This document shows, in pieces, positions 1 through 10,912 of a stretch of DNA of 64,000 nucleotides. Position numbers and translations under genes: made by a program. Numbering within the stretch: position 1 is the first letter of the stretch; every line of letters begins with the position of its first letter. The notes beneath the pieces are model-generated. The model made no database searches. It was not told the DNA's origin and worked only from the letters and a program-made list of their open reading frames with translations. Source of the stretch: Eledone cirrhosa (lineage: Eukaryota); assembly GCA_964016885.1 (NCBI GenBank), contig OZ024740.1:163680001-163744000 (forward strand), in the 5' to 3' direction.

Positions 1-6
1 ACTAAC

Positions 7-326
7 CAGCCTTGTCAACTCTCCCTGTCCGTCGGGGAGATCTTCCACCTACCCAGGGCCGTCTTAACACATGGGCACGCTGGGCAGTTGCCCGGGAGCC
101 CCACGAGGATAGGGGGCCCATTTGTATTTTTATTCCTGTGAGTGGTTGTGTAGGTAGGGGCCCCAGTGCTCTGCTTTGCCCGGGGGCCTATAATGCTGTT
201 AAGACGGCCCTGCACCCACCTCTTGTGAAAATGGGTATAGCTTTTTTCGTTATGTAAAATCTCCCCGTTTGGGGGCACTTTTCTCATGGTACTCTCCGTT
301 TGGATTTTTAGAGGTTGGCAAGTCTG
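7..326. mobile_element. Non-autonomous DNA transposon (MITE) with CAG(A/C)C(T/C)TGTCAACTCT...AGAGGTTGGCA(A/G)GTCTG termini; hosts a nested hAT MITE
   Basis: Imperfect ~16-bp terminal inverted repeats. Related copies lie at 10635-10912, 13035-13197 and 57357-57555. Flanks resemble degenerate 6-bp TSDs. Confidence 0.7.
54..212. mobile_element. hAT-type MITE nested in the 7-326 element
   Basis: TIR CAGGGCCGTCTTAAC...GTTAAGACGGCCCTG. 8-bp TSD CACCTACC (46-53) / CACCCACC (213-220). Confidence 0.85.
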
Positions 327-811
327 AACAACTTAGAATTACAGATTCAAATCGGAAAACAAAATATGGCCTTCACAATCTTCAAAACTGGTATTCATTG
401 GCTGTTGAAGAACTACATTTACAATTATAGATCTTACGTACATAATTTATTTTTAACATATCTGTATGTCTCCACAAGATAATTGATCAACTGCTTAGTT
501 TGGCAGAACAAACACAACTCAATATACAAATATTATATGTTATATTTTGATTTCAACTGTGCTATTTTTGTCAGTAGATTTAAGTTCTTAACTTGGGAGA
601 GCGCGCAGAAAGAGGAGGAAAGAAAATGAGAGAATTTTTGTGTAGTTCTTTATGTGGTTGCCTTCAAATTGATGCTTATAATATCCAATATCAATTTTAT
701 ATTTATCAATTGATACATCCGTAATTTGCTTAATGCAGTTATATATCATCTTAAGCATTAACTAATTGTTATTCGTTGCGGCTCTCTACGCTCTGATATC
801 AAATCTCACCG

Positions 812-813
<2 letters not shown>

Positions 814-852
<39 letters not shown>
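814..852. repeat. (TA)n microsatellite; further TA/TATG tracts at 2061-2515, 2631-2702, 3217-3308, 4003-4130 and 8276-8323
   Basis: Directly visible dinucleotide runs. Confidence 0.97.
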
Positions 853-855
<3 letters not shown>

Positions 856-1062
856 GTTTCTGAATTTGTTTAGCAAGATTCTTTATCTGAAAACGTGTGT
901 TGAAACCGATATTGTTATACTTTGGGAGGGTCATGTTGCCAATAAGAAACACACGCACCAGATACTTTCACTTCAATTTATTATAATAAATCTATAAATT
1001 TAGGAATTTATAAATTTCTGGTTGGTTGGTTGGTTCCACAACCAGATGATTGTTTATATAGT

Positions 1063-1105
1063 GTCAAAGTTCTTTCGTCACACATTCTGTGACCTCTTCA
1101 GTGAC
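1063..1105 (-). ncRNA. Minimal type I hammerhead ribozyme (mirror copy in the inverted pLTR)
   Basis: Exact reverse complement of 1864-1906. Confidence 0.75.
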
Positions 1106-1409
1106 TGGGATTCTTTTCTTTGTTTTTGTGCCTCTCCTTTGTTCTGTCCTACGCCATCTTGTTTTTGTGTGTGTTGTGTGCTTATTTTGCGCATGTGTTA
1201 TATCCGGGTGTCTGTGTGTGTTTATATTTGTTTATTTATTTGTTTATTTACATGTTACTGGTTGGTTGTTTGTTCTATGTGCGTGTGTGTTTTCATTTTG
1301 TCCTTAATTGTAAGTTGTGATGTTGCTGTTCCATTCTTGTTTTCTATTTAATTTTGGTTGGAGTTGGAGTTGGAGTTCATTTATGTTTATTGCCTCTGTG
1401 AATATACTG

Positions 1410-1676
1410 TACATAAGTGAGACAGCTCGTAGTATAGGGGAACGGATAAATGAACACTGGCGAGACCTTCAAGATAGTAAAGAATCATCTGTACTCTACC
1501 AACATTCTAAAATAGAACATAAGGGTAAATTAGAGAACATAGAAATAAAAATAGAATCTACACACAGAAAAGACGCAATGTTTAGACAAATCACAGAGGC
1601 AATAAACATAAATGAACTCCAACCAAAATTAAATGGAAAACATGAATGGAACAGCAACATTACAACTTACAATTAA
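1410..1676 (+). pseudogene. C-terminal fragment of a Penelope GIY-YIG endonuclease
   Basis: YISETARSIGERINEH...QH...EAININELQPKLN matches the YIGET-x-R-x3-R-x2-EH ... E-x3-I-x4-P-x-LN pattern. Confidence 0.85.
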
Positions 1677-1863
1677 GGACAAAATGAAAACACACACGCA
1701 CATAGAACAAACAACCAACCAGTAACATGTAAATAAACAAATATAAACACACACAGACACCCGGATGTAACACATGCGCAAAATAAGCACACAGCACACA
1801 CAAAAACAAGATGGCGTAGGACAGAACAAAGGAGAGGCACAAAAATAAAGAAAAGAATCCCCA

Positions 1864-1906
1864 GTCACTGAAGAGGTCACAGAATGTGTGACGAAAGAAC
1901 TTTGAC
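1864..1906 (+). ncRNA. Minimal type I hammerhead ribozyme
   Basis: GUCA-CUGAAGA-G-GUCACA(gaaug)UGUGAC-GAA-AG(aa)CU-U^UGAC. Helix I is GUCA/UGAC, helix II has 6 bp, helix III has 2 bp, and the cleavage triplet is CUU. Confidence 0.8.
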
Positions 1907-2131
1907 AATATATAAACAATCATCTGGTTGTGGAACAAACCAACCAACCAACCAGAAATTTATAAATTCCTAAATTTATAAATTTATTATAATAAATTGA
2001 AGTGAAAGCAACTGGTGCGTGTGTTTCTTAATGGCAACATGACCCTCCCAAAGTATAACAATATATATATATGTATATATATGTATATATATATTATATA
2101 TATATATATATGTATATATATGTATATATAT

Positions 2132-2164
<33 letters not shown>

Positions 2165-2378
2165 GTATATATATGTATATATATATTATATATATATATA
2201 TATGTATATATATTATATATATATATGTATATATATATATATGTATATATATGTATATATATGTATATATATATATATATATATACATATATATGTATAT
2301 ATATATGTATATATATATGTATATATATATGTATATATATATATGTGTATATATATGTATATATATATATATTATATA

Positions 2379-2450
<72 letters not shown>

Positions 2451-2453
2451 AAA

Positions 2454-2506
<53 letters not shown>

Positions 2507-2629
2507 GTATATATATTGTTATACTTTGGGAGGGTCATGTTGCCAATAAGACCCTCCCAAAGTATAACAATATCGGTTTCAACACACGATTTCAGATAAA
2601 GAATCTTGCTAAACAAATTCAGAAACGAA

Positions 2630-2703
<74 letters not shown>

Positions 2704-2974
2704 GATATATTAACAAATGGAAACTATATTTATAAAACCATATTTATTTCATTATACATATTTCAAGGACACCAAGTTAAATTATGGTGTGCTTTCATCA
2801 GATAAAATATAATATAGAGCAGTTTTATAAATAAATATTGACATACCCTTAAAGAATGCGACCATTTCTGTTGGAAGCTCCCGGATAAAACCATATTTAT
2901 TTCATTATACATTGAAATATGTATAATGAAATAAATATGGTTTTATAAATATAGTTTCCATTTGTTAATATATC
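2704..2974. mobile_element. Inverted-repeat fragment, probably a second Penelope pLTR remnant
   Basis: 2704-2766 is the reverse complement of 2912-2974. It carries a hammerhead-like core on the minus strand and is flanked by TA tracts. Confidence 0.55.
2752..2806 (-). ncRNA. Degenerate type I hammerhead ribozyme
   Basis: Minus strand reads UUUUAU-CUGAUGA-AAGcACACCA(10 nt)UGGUGUcCUU-GAA-AUAUGU-A-UAAUG. Helix II is strong, but helix I is out of register by one nucleotide. Confidence 0.5.
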
Positions 2975-3214
2975 ATATTTTTACTCCAATAATTTGTTGA
3001 GTGCTTTATATCAGTTATAAAAATATTTGCTTGTTGTATCCCAACAATTTAAATAGAACTTCTATATATATTTTTTTAGTCCAGAATTAGCCGTCGAAAC
3101 GGCTTGAGCTCAGCCGTCGGGGTCCTACTCGTTCCTATTACCCACTCTACTACCCTAAGTATTGAGTACTTTGGTGCGTTATGGTCCACCTGGTTCCTTA
3201 CCACATTTCCTTCG

Positions 3215-3307
<93 letters not shown>

Positions 3308-3310
<3 letters not shown>

Positions 3311-4000
3311 TGTGATTCTATAGACATGTTTTATGATATATAGCTCTGATTGTTTAATTTATTAATTTTTCATTGAGCCACAAAGTGACCGGTTGCAAAA
3401 CACATATATGTATGTGTATGTATATATATATATGTAAACTTTTATATGAAATAATCTCCCACTAGGTTGAGATAAAAATTTGGCTGTATTGTGCTGTGCT
3501 TTCTAGCAAAAATGCCACCAGTCGTAAGCAACTACCACACCCCTTCCAACTTGACCGCGACTACGTCACGATTTTTAGCCATTTTGAAATGAATTCTTGG
3601 CGCGATCGTTTTGGAAAATTTAATGTCTAGATATGAGCGAGCTTCCTGAAGAATCCGGCGCTCGAGCTCGAGTTTATATAATTATTACATAATTATTGGA
3701 AAACTCAAAACACGGACGAAACCATGGTAGAGGTATTTAAATGTATTCTATTTTCTCCTAGTTTATTTTAAACCTAATTCTGCTTAGTTGACTGTATCTA
3801 GGCGATTACGCTGTCGAAATATTCGATAAATATTCCACTACGGCCGACCCGAAGCGCTAGTTTTGGTTATTTGTCGGAGATTCCTTCATAGAAGCCTCAT
3901 TCTTATAGCCTGGTCTATTCAATTTTTTATATAGTTAATTATGATAATTGGGAGAGGAAATAGTATATATTTTATCTTGTGATTCTATAGACATGTTTTA

Positions 4001-4005
<5 letters not shown>
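3308..4005 (+). mobile_element. Solo Penelope-type pseudo-LTR with a ~30-bp terminal direct repeat
   Basis: TCTTGTGATTCTATAGACATGTTTTATGATATA occurs at both ends (~3308-3341 and ~3976-4007). It contains a hammerhead, has no ORF, and sits within (TA)n. Confidence 0.65.
3641..3734 (+). ncRNA. Type I hammerhead ribozyme with a long helix II
   Basis: GCUUC-CUGAAGA-A-UCCG...GAGUUU..AUAAUUAU(uac)AUAAUUAU..AAACUC...CGGA-C-GAA-ACC(au)GGU-A^GAGGU. Helix III is palindromic (ACCAUGGU), the triplet is GUA, and 10.1-11.1 is an A.C mismatch. Confidence 0.72.
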
Positions 4006-4097
<92 letters not shown>

Positions 4098-4436
4098 CAT
4101 ATATATGTGTATATATATATACATATGTATACTATCAGTTTAGCCCGGCGTTGCTCGGGTTTGTTCATTTGCTATGAAAAGTTACATACAGGTAAACGTG
4201 ACTTGAAAGCGAATAAGCTTATCAATTAAGTGCATAAAGCAGTTGAACCGGTTATTAAAAGTTACGAACCAATTAGCATTTTGGACAATCAATGATGGGT
4301 TAATAATCTTCCAATAGCGAATTTAGTAGACAAAAGCTGCCCTGATGCCGCTGGGTGTCAGATCTGTCCGCCATGGGTGACCCTACCAGTTTTCCAGACG
4401 GCATAGCTCCAACACCTCCAACACCTACACCAACAT

Positions 4437-7298
4437 CTATAGCACCTCTTTGTAGACGATATTGCGTGTCATCCCTTGAGGAGAGTAAGCAAAAAGTCCA
4501 CTCCTGCTCCCTACGCGGGAACAGGCAACATAAAGTTGGCCATGGGAGAAGGATGGTTCCCCCAAATGGATGCCCGCCACCGACAATGTTTGCCCTTGTG
4601 ACTTGTTAATGGACATGGTAAAACATGGTCTCACCGGGAATTGGGATCACCGGAAATCGAACGGGATATCTGACGCCGAGGGGAAAAGGTTCATCCTTGG
4701 ATGAAAACATTCTCCCCTCTCCAGCACGCCGTTACAATGGTGGCCTCAATCAAGTGGGGCGTCAGTGACTTGACGACCATGCGAGTACCGTTGCACTGCT
4801 TTGGTGGACGCAAGTTCCTTATTAGCATAATGGGACAGCCAACCCTAAGCTTAAGAATGTGAGGTGGGAGCCCTGGGGGTTCAATGGAATTTAATAACTC
4901 AACCGGATAATGAACGATATCGTCGGGGTCTGACGTCCGGTCGATAGATTTGAAGATGTGCTCTTTGTCGGGAATCTTCTCAATCAGCTGCTCGTTAATA
5001 AAATTAACCATGGTACTTTTCGGAGCAAGGGTGGCTCTTTCGCTGAGCCAATCGAGGTTTTTAAAGATAGATGTGACATTAGGAAAAACTGCTTCCCAAA
5101 GGTCAGAAGGGCTGCTCACAATGTTGCACAGGGAGTCGATTGCTATGCCGCCCTTATCACCCGCAAGGATTTTGCCCTCACCAAGAGTTAAAATGTTCTG
5201 AGCAAATGCTGCAGACATGTTGTCACCATCCAAATGAGCACGCATATTTGTGCTCAGGTACAAACTCTTCAGATGGAGCGATAACATGGACGACTTAAGG
5301 CATGGACGCACTTCATCAGCTCTTGTCCATTTGGGGATGACAGGCAACGTTTGCCGAAATTCCCCTGATAGCAGAAGGGTTACGCCACCCATAGGAGCTG
5401 TAGAATCCCTAATGTCTTTCAGGGTCCTGTCCAATGCCTCAAGGGCACCCTTGTGTGCCATTGTGCACTAATCCCAAACAATGAGGCAACATTGTTTGAG
5501 CACCAGAGCTTCGTGTGAGCTCTTGCTGATATTGCATGTTGGTGTCTCAGTTTTTACTAAATCCAAGGGGAGTTTAAAGGTTAAATGTGCTGTTCTGCCT
5601 CCCGGCAGCAAAGTAGCAGCGATCCCGAACGATGCAACAGCCAACGCAATATTTTTCTCCTGACGAATCTTAGCGAGAATCAATTTCGTTACAAAAGTTT
5701 TTGCGGTACCCCCAGGAGCATCGAGAAAGTAAATACCCCCAATCTGATTTTGAACCGTCAATGATAGTTAAATAGGCCAACCTTTCGTCCGACAGAAGTT
5801 TGCGCTCATTTTCCTCTAAGTATTGGGAAAGAGATTCGATGTCATATGCTGTTTCCCGCAACAAATCCGGGGCCAACGTGTTAGCTTCCTCTCTGACGGT
5901 TGACGGCAAGCTATACGTCACCAACTCACTCCCACCCATGTCGAGGAGGGCGTCCTCGATATCAATGAGTACCCTGTTGTAGATAATGTCGCTGTTACGA
6001 ACTTCCACTGAAGGATACTGCAGATGAGCCAGGCGCAGGAAATCCTCAGACATGAAGTCTCTGTACTTGACCCATAAAGATTTGGGATCACCCAATTCAC
6101 ACTTTTGAAGCAAAATGGCAAAGAGTTCCAGTAGACATTTAGGTGATTTCAACAAAGCACCCTCTGCTAAAGTGAAATCCCATTGCGAATCATCTTCCAA
6201 AAGACCACGCTTAAAGCAGGCTTCCCGGTACGTATCACATATTTCTCTATCAACAGTTTTGAGGTCCTGAAAACTTTGGGGGCCTACAACTTCATGCAGA
6301 AGAAGGCCGAGATGAAAGCACTCATGCTGACTTGGAGGCACAGTGTAAACCCTTCCAAAGCAACTGTCAAATTTTACACCAGGATGTCTTTCAACAGCCT
6401 GACCTGACTTTCTTCGCACCCAAGTGTTTTTCGACCATATAAAGTAGGATGGGACCTTGGTGTACACAATTCTTTGCGCAAATGTATCGAACCGGCAAAG
6501 TTTGAAGAAACCCGTTAGAGTGGTCTCTTTCGGATCGGCGGCCAACTTGGCGGCAGTTTGGTCCGTAAAGTAAACCCTTTGCCCATTTTCCAAATGTACC
6601 GCAAGCTGTACGATGGTGGGGTGCCGTTGGTGTAGGGGGAAACCAAATAGGCGCCAAAAAGCTTCATTGCTACTGATGTACCGCCCAGCCAGGTATTCTG
6701 TGACCTCATCAGAGCACTTATTTATATATTTGCATATGTATTTTATAGACTTGACGGAGTTGCAAAACTCAACGTTGATGTGGGCATTGAACATCTTCAA
6801 GAGAAGCGGGCAGTAAGGGACCACCCATCTATTGTCGACTTGACCTCCCTTTACTGTTGTGGTGAAGCCACCGTTCTCGGGTCGTCTCCGCCTATACAGG
6901 GGGTACCCATCGCCACCAGTCTGAGTTTCGTCAACAAATTTGTTGGGGTATCCCTTACTGCACGACCCCGCTTCCAGACACGTGTGATGCTCATTAGGAC
7001 CCGACACACACGGACCCGGTTAACTTTGACGATGTCATGTAATTCCTGATCAGTTGCTGGGTTAGGGATTTCATTTGAATTGATTTTATCAGCTAACCAA
7101 ATCAAAATGTCAGCATGTGACAGCCCTCGTTTGCCATTCGACGGTGAACGTGTCACATTTTACAGCCCCAAATACCTGACCTTTTTTTATTAAAGCCATG
7201 AGTTTAGCCAGTTTCAGTCTGAACACTCTGGCAATGAGGTCATGTATGTTCGAATAATTTTGCCCAGGAAAAAGTTTACGGGTTACATTCCGATTCAT
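4437..7298 (-). pseudogene. Helitron Rep/PIF1-helicase (RepHel), frameshifted
   Basis: HUH motif region VEWQ.RGLSHADILIWL and YICKYINK. PIF1 motifs [37 protein letters not shown] and [11 protein letters not shown] are split over at least six ORFs. Confidence 0.93.
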
Positions 7299-7384
7299 AT
7301 GTCTATAGCATTAATCTGTTATATGAAGTGTTATTTTGCGGGTTGTTATTTGCAATAAACCGATTGAAAATGCCCTAGATAAGC

Positions 7385-8025
7385 CGTATGCCAATACGGA
7401 ACGCTCCACTGCGGTGTTGTCATATAGGGAGTGAAGAGCGACTGAGAGAGTAAAGCAGTTAAATTATAGAGAGGGGAATATACGGAACGCTCCATTTGAT
7501 CATAAACATTGTTTCTCTCTCTACAGTGTTATCATATGGGGAGTGAAGAGCGACAGAGAGAGTAAAGCAGTTAAATTATAGAGAGGTCGTTATTGTTACG
7601 TTTGTTGTTTTATAAATTCATCTGTTGCTTTTGAATATTTGTTATTTGATGTAAAATGTAACGTTGAGAGAGCAGTATGTATTTAGTGTTATCGGCTTTT
7701 TAAATTTTGATATTTGATGTATGAGTGTCGTTATGACTGTAGAGAGGGGGAATAATCTATTGTAGAGAGAGGGAAGAGCGACGGATAGAGTAAAGCTATG
7801 GTTGTTGAGTTGCTTAGGTTTCAAAGTTTGTGTCGCGTTCCTTCAAAAGAAGTTTTGCAGTTCTAAACTGTAAAGGGTAGTAGACGGAGGCAGTAACCTT
7901 TTAAAGAGAGTTGCAGAGGAGATTGAGGGGGGAGTAGAGAGAGTGATGAACCTTTTAAAGAGAGTTGCAGAGGAGATTGAGAGTGGAGTAGAGGAAAGGA
8001 CGAACCTTTTAAAGAGAGTTGCAAC
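7385..8025. repeat. Internal tandem repeats in the Helitron 5' non-coding region
   Basis: AATACGGAACGCTCCA...GAGTGAAGAGCGAC.GAGAGAGTAAAGCAGTTAAATTATAGAGAGG occurs twice (7393-7587). AACCTTTTAAAGAGAGTTGCA occurs three times (7895-8023). Confidence 0.85.
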
Positions 8026-8271
8026 ATGTATGTAGTTTCATATATTTTTGATGGTAGTAGTGAGAGGAATGAAGCGTGTAAGAGAGAGGGTTACAGCATG
8101 TATTTAGTTTTATCGATGTTTTTTCATAGAAGCAGGACATTTTTGGCAAAAATAATTACGTGTTGACCTGCCCTGGTAAATTTGGAGCACATTGGAAAAA
8201 AATTCATCAAAATAGGTAGAGAAATATGGAAATGCATAAAAATCATACACACACACAGACAGACATCTACC

Positions 8272-8327
<56 letters not shown>

Positions 8328-8927
8328 TGTAATAAACAACATAAGATAAATATTTCATTTACCAGTGGTTTCTTGAAAAAATCCTGGTGTATTTATTGAC
8401 TGGATTCTAAAAACAAAAATATAATCTATATGAAAGTGAGGCTGGAAAAGGAAGAAGGAAAGGAAAAGAATAAGTATAAAAGTAGATAAACACACATGCT
8501 CTCACACATACACACACACACACATATACGTGTATAATCATCATCACAACTGCCAACAACAATACTATCCAATAAGATTACGTCAACATATCGCACGACC
8601 CGCTAGAAATAGCAGCCAAATTTCTCTCAAATCTCACCCTACTGTCAAGTCTGGAGTCATTAGTCAATGCAGTCTCTGTTGTACAAAATGAGTTGATCGT
8701 ATGTCTGCTCCATCAGGGTAGACCTAGGGCTAAACAAAAACAAACTGAGCCAACGAAGTAGGTTCTATGTGCTTGCTATATCTGCTAAAAATACTAGCCA
8801 GGTATCCTCAAATCACACCTTATGTCTTCAGAAAGAATGAACATATTCAACAATGTAGCACATGATATAATGGGGAAATATTACGAGATACGGCTGGAAT
8901 GCCTTTCAATATTAGCCTGCTCTTTTA

Positions 8928-9148
8928 GGGGCGGTGGATTGGCAGTATCGGTGGAGCGTCGGACAACATGCTTTATAGCATAGAGTTACGGCGCTTTACG
9001 ATCTGAGCTCAAATCCTGCTGAGGTTAGCTTTGCTTTTCATCCTTACCGGGTCGATAAAATAAAGTAGCAGTAATGCACTAGGGTCGATTTAGTTGCCTT
9101 CCCCTCCTCCAGAATTGTTGGCCTTGTGCTTAAATCATAAACCAATAT
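8928..9148 (+). mobile_element. tRNA-derived SINE (Nin-domain-like core), full length
   Basis: A-box TGGCAGTATCGG, B-box-like GAGCTCAAATCC, and core GCTTTTCATCCTTAC.GGGTCGATAAAATAAAGTA. Flanking duplication AATATTAGCCTGCTC. Confidence 0.85.
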
Positions 9149-9285
9149 TAGCCTGCTCGTGACTGACCTAGGGCTGAACAACAGCTACCACTACCATCAG
9201 TATCATAATCATCATCAGCATTGCCATCACAGTCGACATTCTCTGTTAAAATGTTGGTTGAGTTAAGATTTAAGTTTGCCAGGTC

Positions 9286-9548
9286 TGTAGTGGCTGAGAT
9301 GGTCGCTTGGTAGCTAGCAGTTGCCTCCCCTTAACAACCCTTCAGGGAAGGGAGGCAAAAATACACCCGGACACAGCCACAGGTTCACTCACTCTTTCTG
9401 GACCACGGACATGAACAGACGTGGAAAGATCCGCTCCTCAAAATATTGACGTTGTAGGAAATTTACTAAATTATTGCATTAAATAAAATGATTGTTAGAC
9501 TTGGTTGTGCATTTATTTATTCGACAAAGAGAAACATCACTTTTCTTT
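9286..9548. mobile_element. Probable solo LTR
   Basis: Begins TGTAGT and is flanked by AGGTC (9281-9285 and 9549-9553). The right terminus lacks CA. Confidence 0.35.
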
Positions 9549-10215
9549 AGGTCCATGACTGGCAATATTCCAAGTCTCTTCAATTCAATTAGTTGTTGTC
9601 GTCATCATTGTCATCGTTATTGTTGTTTAGCCACAGATCAGCCCTGATCAAGCAAACCTTCTGCATAAGGCCTTTCAGTCATGACCACCTCACCCTTTTC
9701 CAACGTGCAGAAAACTCAGGACTACATTGTAAAAAATGGCCTTTAAAAAAAAAGGAGTAGTGTGTAATTTGAAGAAGATTTAGCTGTTATTTCTAGCTTG
9801 CCAAGCAAATACATTGAGACTCCTTCGGTGGCTCAGATTCTATCAGTGATCGGATGTGGTGGCATTTTGTCTATGATTTATATCTGGCACGAGGTAAAGA
9901 TTTATATGAACGCATGTCCCACTTGGCAACAACCGCTTTGGAGAAAAAAATATTGTATTAATATTTTAATTGATGCCAAAATAATATCCCACTTTATATA
10001 CAGACATCCACTTTGAAGGATATTCATAATCAACAACTAGATATAGTCAGTAAACATTATACTTCCTCTCGCCCACTTTCTCGTCCTCATCTATTTCTTA
10101 CTCTTTCGACTCTTCGTTGGCATCATCATGTCTGCATATATAAATATGATACATCTACACGCATATACTCACACGCATGCAAATATACATAAAACATATA
10201 TCACTATAGAAAAGA

Positions 10216-10295
<80 letters not shown>

Positions 10296-10634
10296 ACACA
10301 AACACACAAATAGTTTGTTTTACAGTGCCGTGAATCCAGGTTCAATCCTAATATGCGACACTTTGTATAAGTAGAGTGTTTATTAATATATTTTGAATTT
10401 ATTTTACAATTGTAAAAGTGTTTCATCGTGTGTTGTATGAGCCCGTAACTCATGATGGAGTCGTAGAAGCGCCTTGCCGACATACATTGTGTCTTAAGCA
10501 TTTAAAATCTGACGGAGCCCAGCCCCTCTCCATGTCTAAGCACGGTCGATTTCTTCGAGAGAAGGAAAGAGAGAGAAGGTGCTAGAGAGGAAGTGATAGA
10601 GAGAAGTATAAATGAAGAATCTACTGTAGTATAG

Positions 10635-10912
10635 CAGACATGTAAACTCTCCCCGTCCGACGGAGAGATCTCCCCGTTTTTGTGAAAATAGGTATAGCTT
10701 TCATTATGTAAAATCTCTCCGAGGTTGACTTTGCCTTTCATCCTTACGGGGTAGATAAAATAAAGTACCAGTAATGCACTGGGTAATTGCTGGCCTTGTG
10801 CCTAAAGTAGAAACAATTATGTAAAATCTCTCCATTCTGCCTAATTTCTCCCCGTTTGGGGGCACTTTTTTCATGTTATCCCCATTTGGGTTTTTAGAGG
10901 CTGGCAGGTCTG
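10635..10912. mobile_element. MITE of the 7-326 family with an inserted SINE 3' fragment (~10718-10818)
   Basis: CAGACATGTAAACTCT...AGAGGCTGGCAGGTCTG, flanked by GTATAG/ATATAG. Confidence 0.7.

Larger units (their letters stand above)
853..2630 (+). mobile_element. 5'-truncated Penelope-like retroelement with an inverted 5' pseudo-LTR
   Basis: 853-1401 is the reverse complement of 1591-2629, where the right arm is interrupted by a TA tract. The spacer encodes a GIY-YIG C-terminus, and both arms carry a hammerhead motif. An inverted 5' pLTR is typical of Penelope copies. Confidence 0.85.
4132..8324 (-). mobile_element. Helitron (formerly autonomous, now degraded)
   Basis: The minus-strand 3' end has hairpin CCCGAGCAACGCCGGG followed by a degenerate CTAG (GATAG|T). 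The 5' end reads CTATATA...TATAAAACGGTAGATG. RepHel ORF fragments lie inside. Confidence 0.88.

Noticed and set aside
1022-1351. Cys/Phe/Val-rich membrane-like ORFs, mirrored at 1629-1947
   Set aside because: Antisense reading of the AC-rich Penelope pLTR; low complexity and duplicated by the inverted repeat.
2015-2805. Long Y/I/C/V-rich ORFs
   Set aside because: Translations of TA/TG microsatellites. The same applies to ORFs at 3076-3343, 3948-4229, 10128-10501 and 55925-56425.
3089-3110. AGCCGT-CGAA-ACGGCT hairpin containing GAAA
   Set aside because: No CUGANGA half or helix I, so it cannot be called a ribozyme.
8928-9020. Possible tRNA gene (A and B boxes)
   Set aside because: It is a SINE head continuing into the SINE body; no cloverleaf or terminator.
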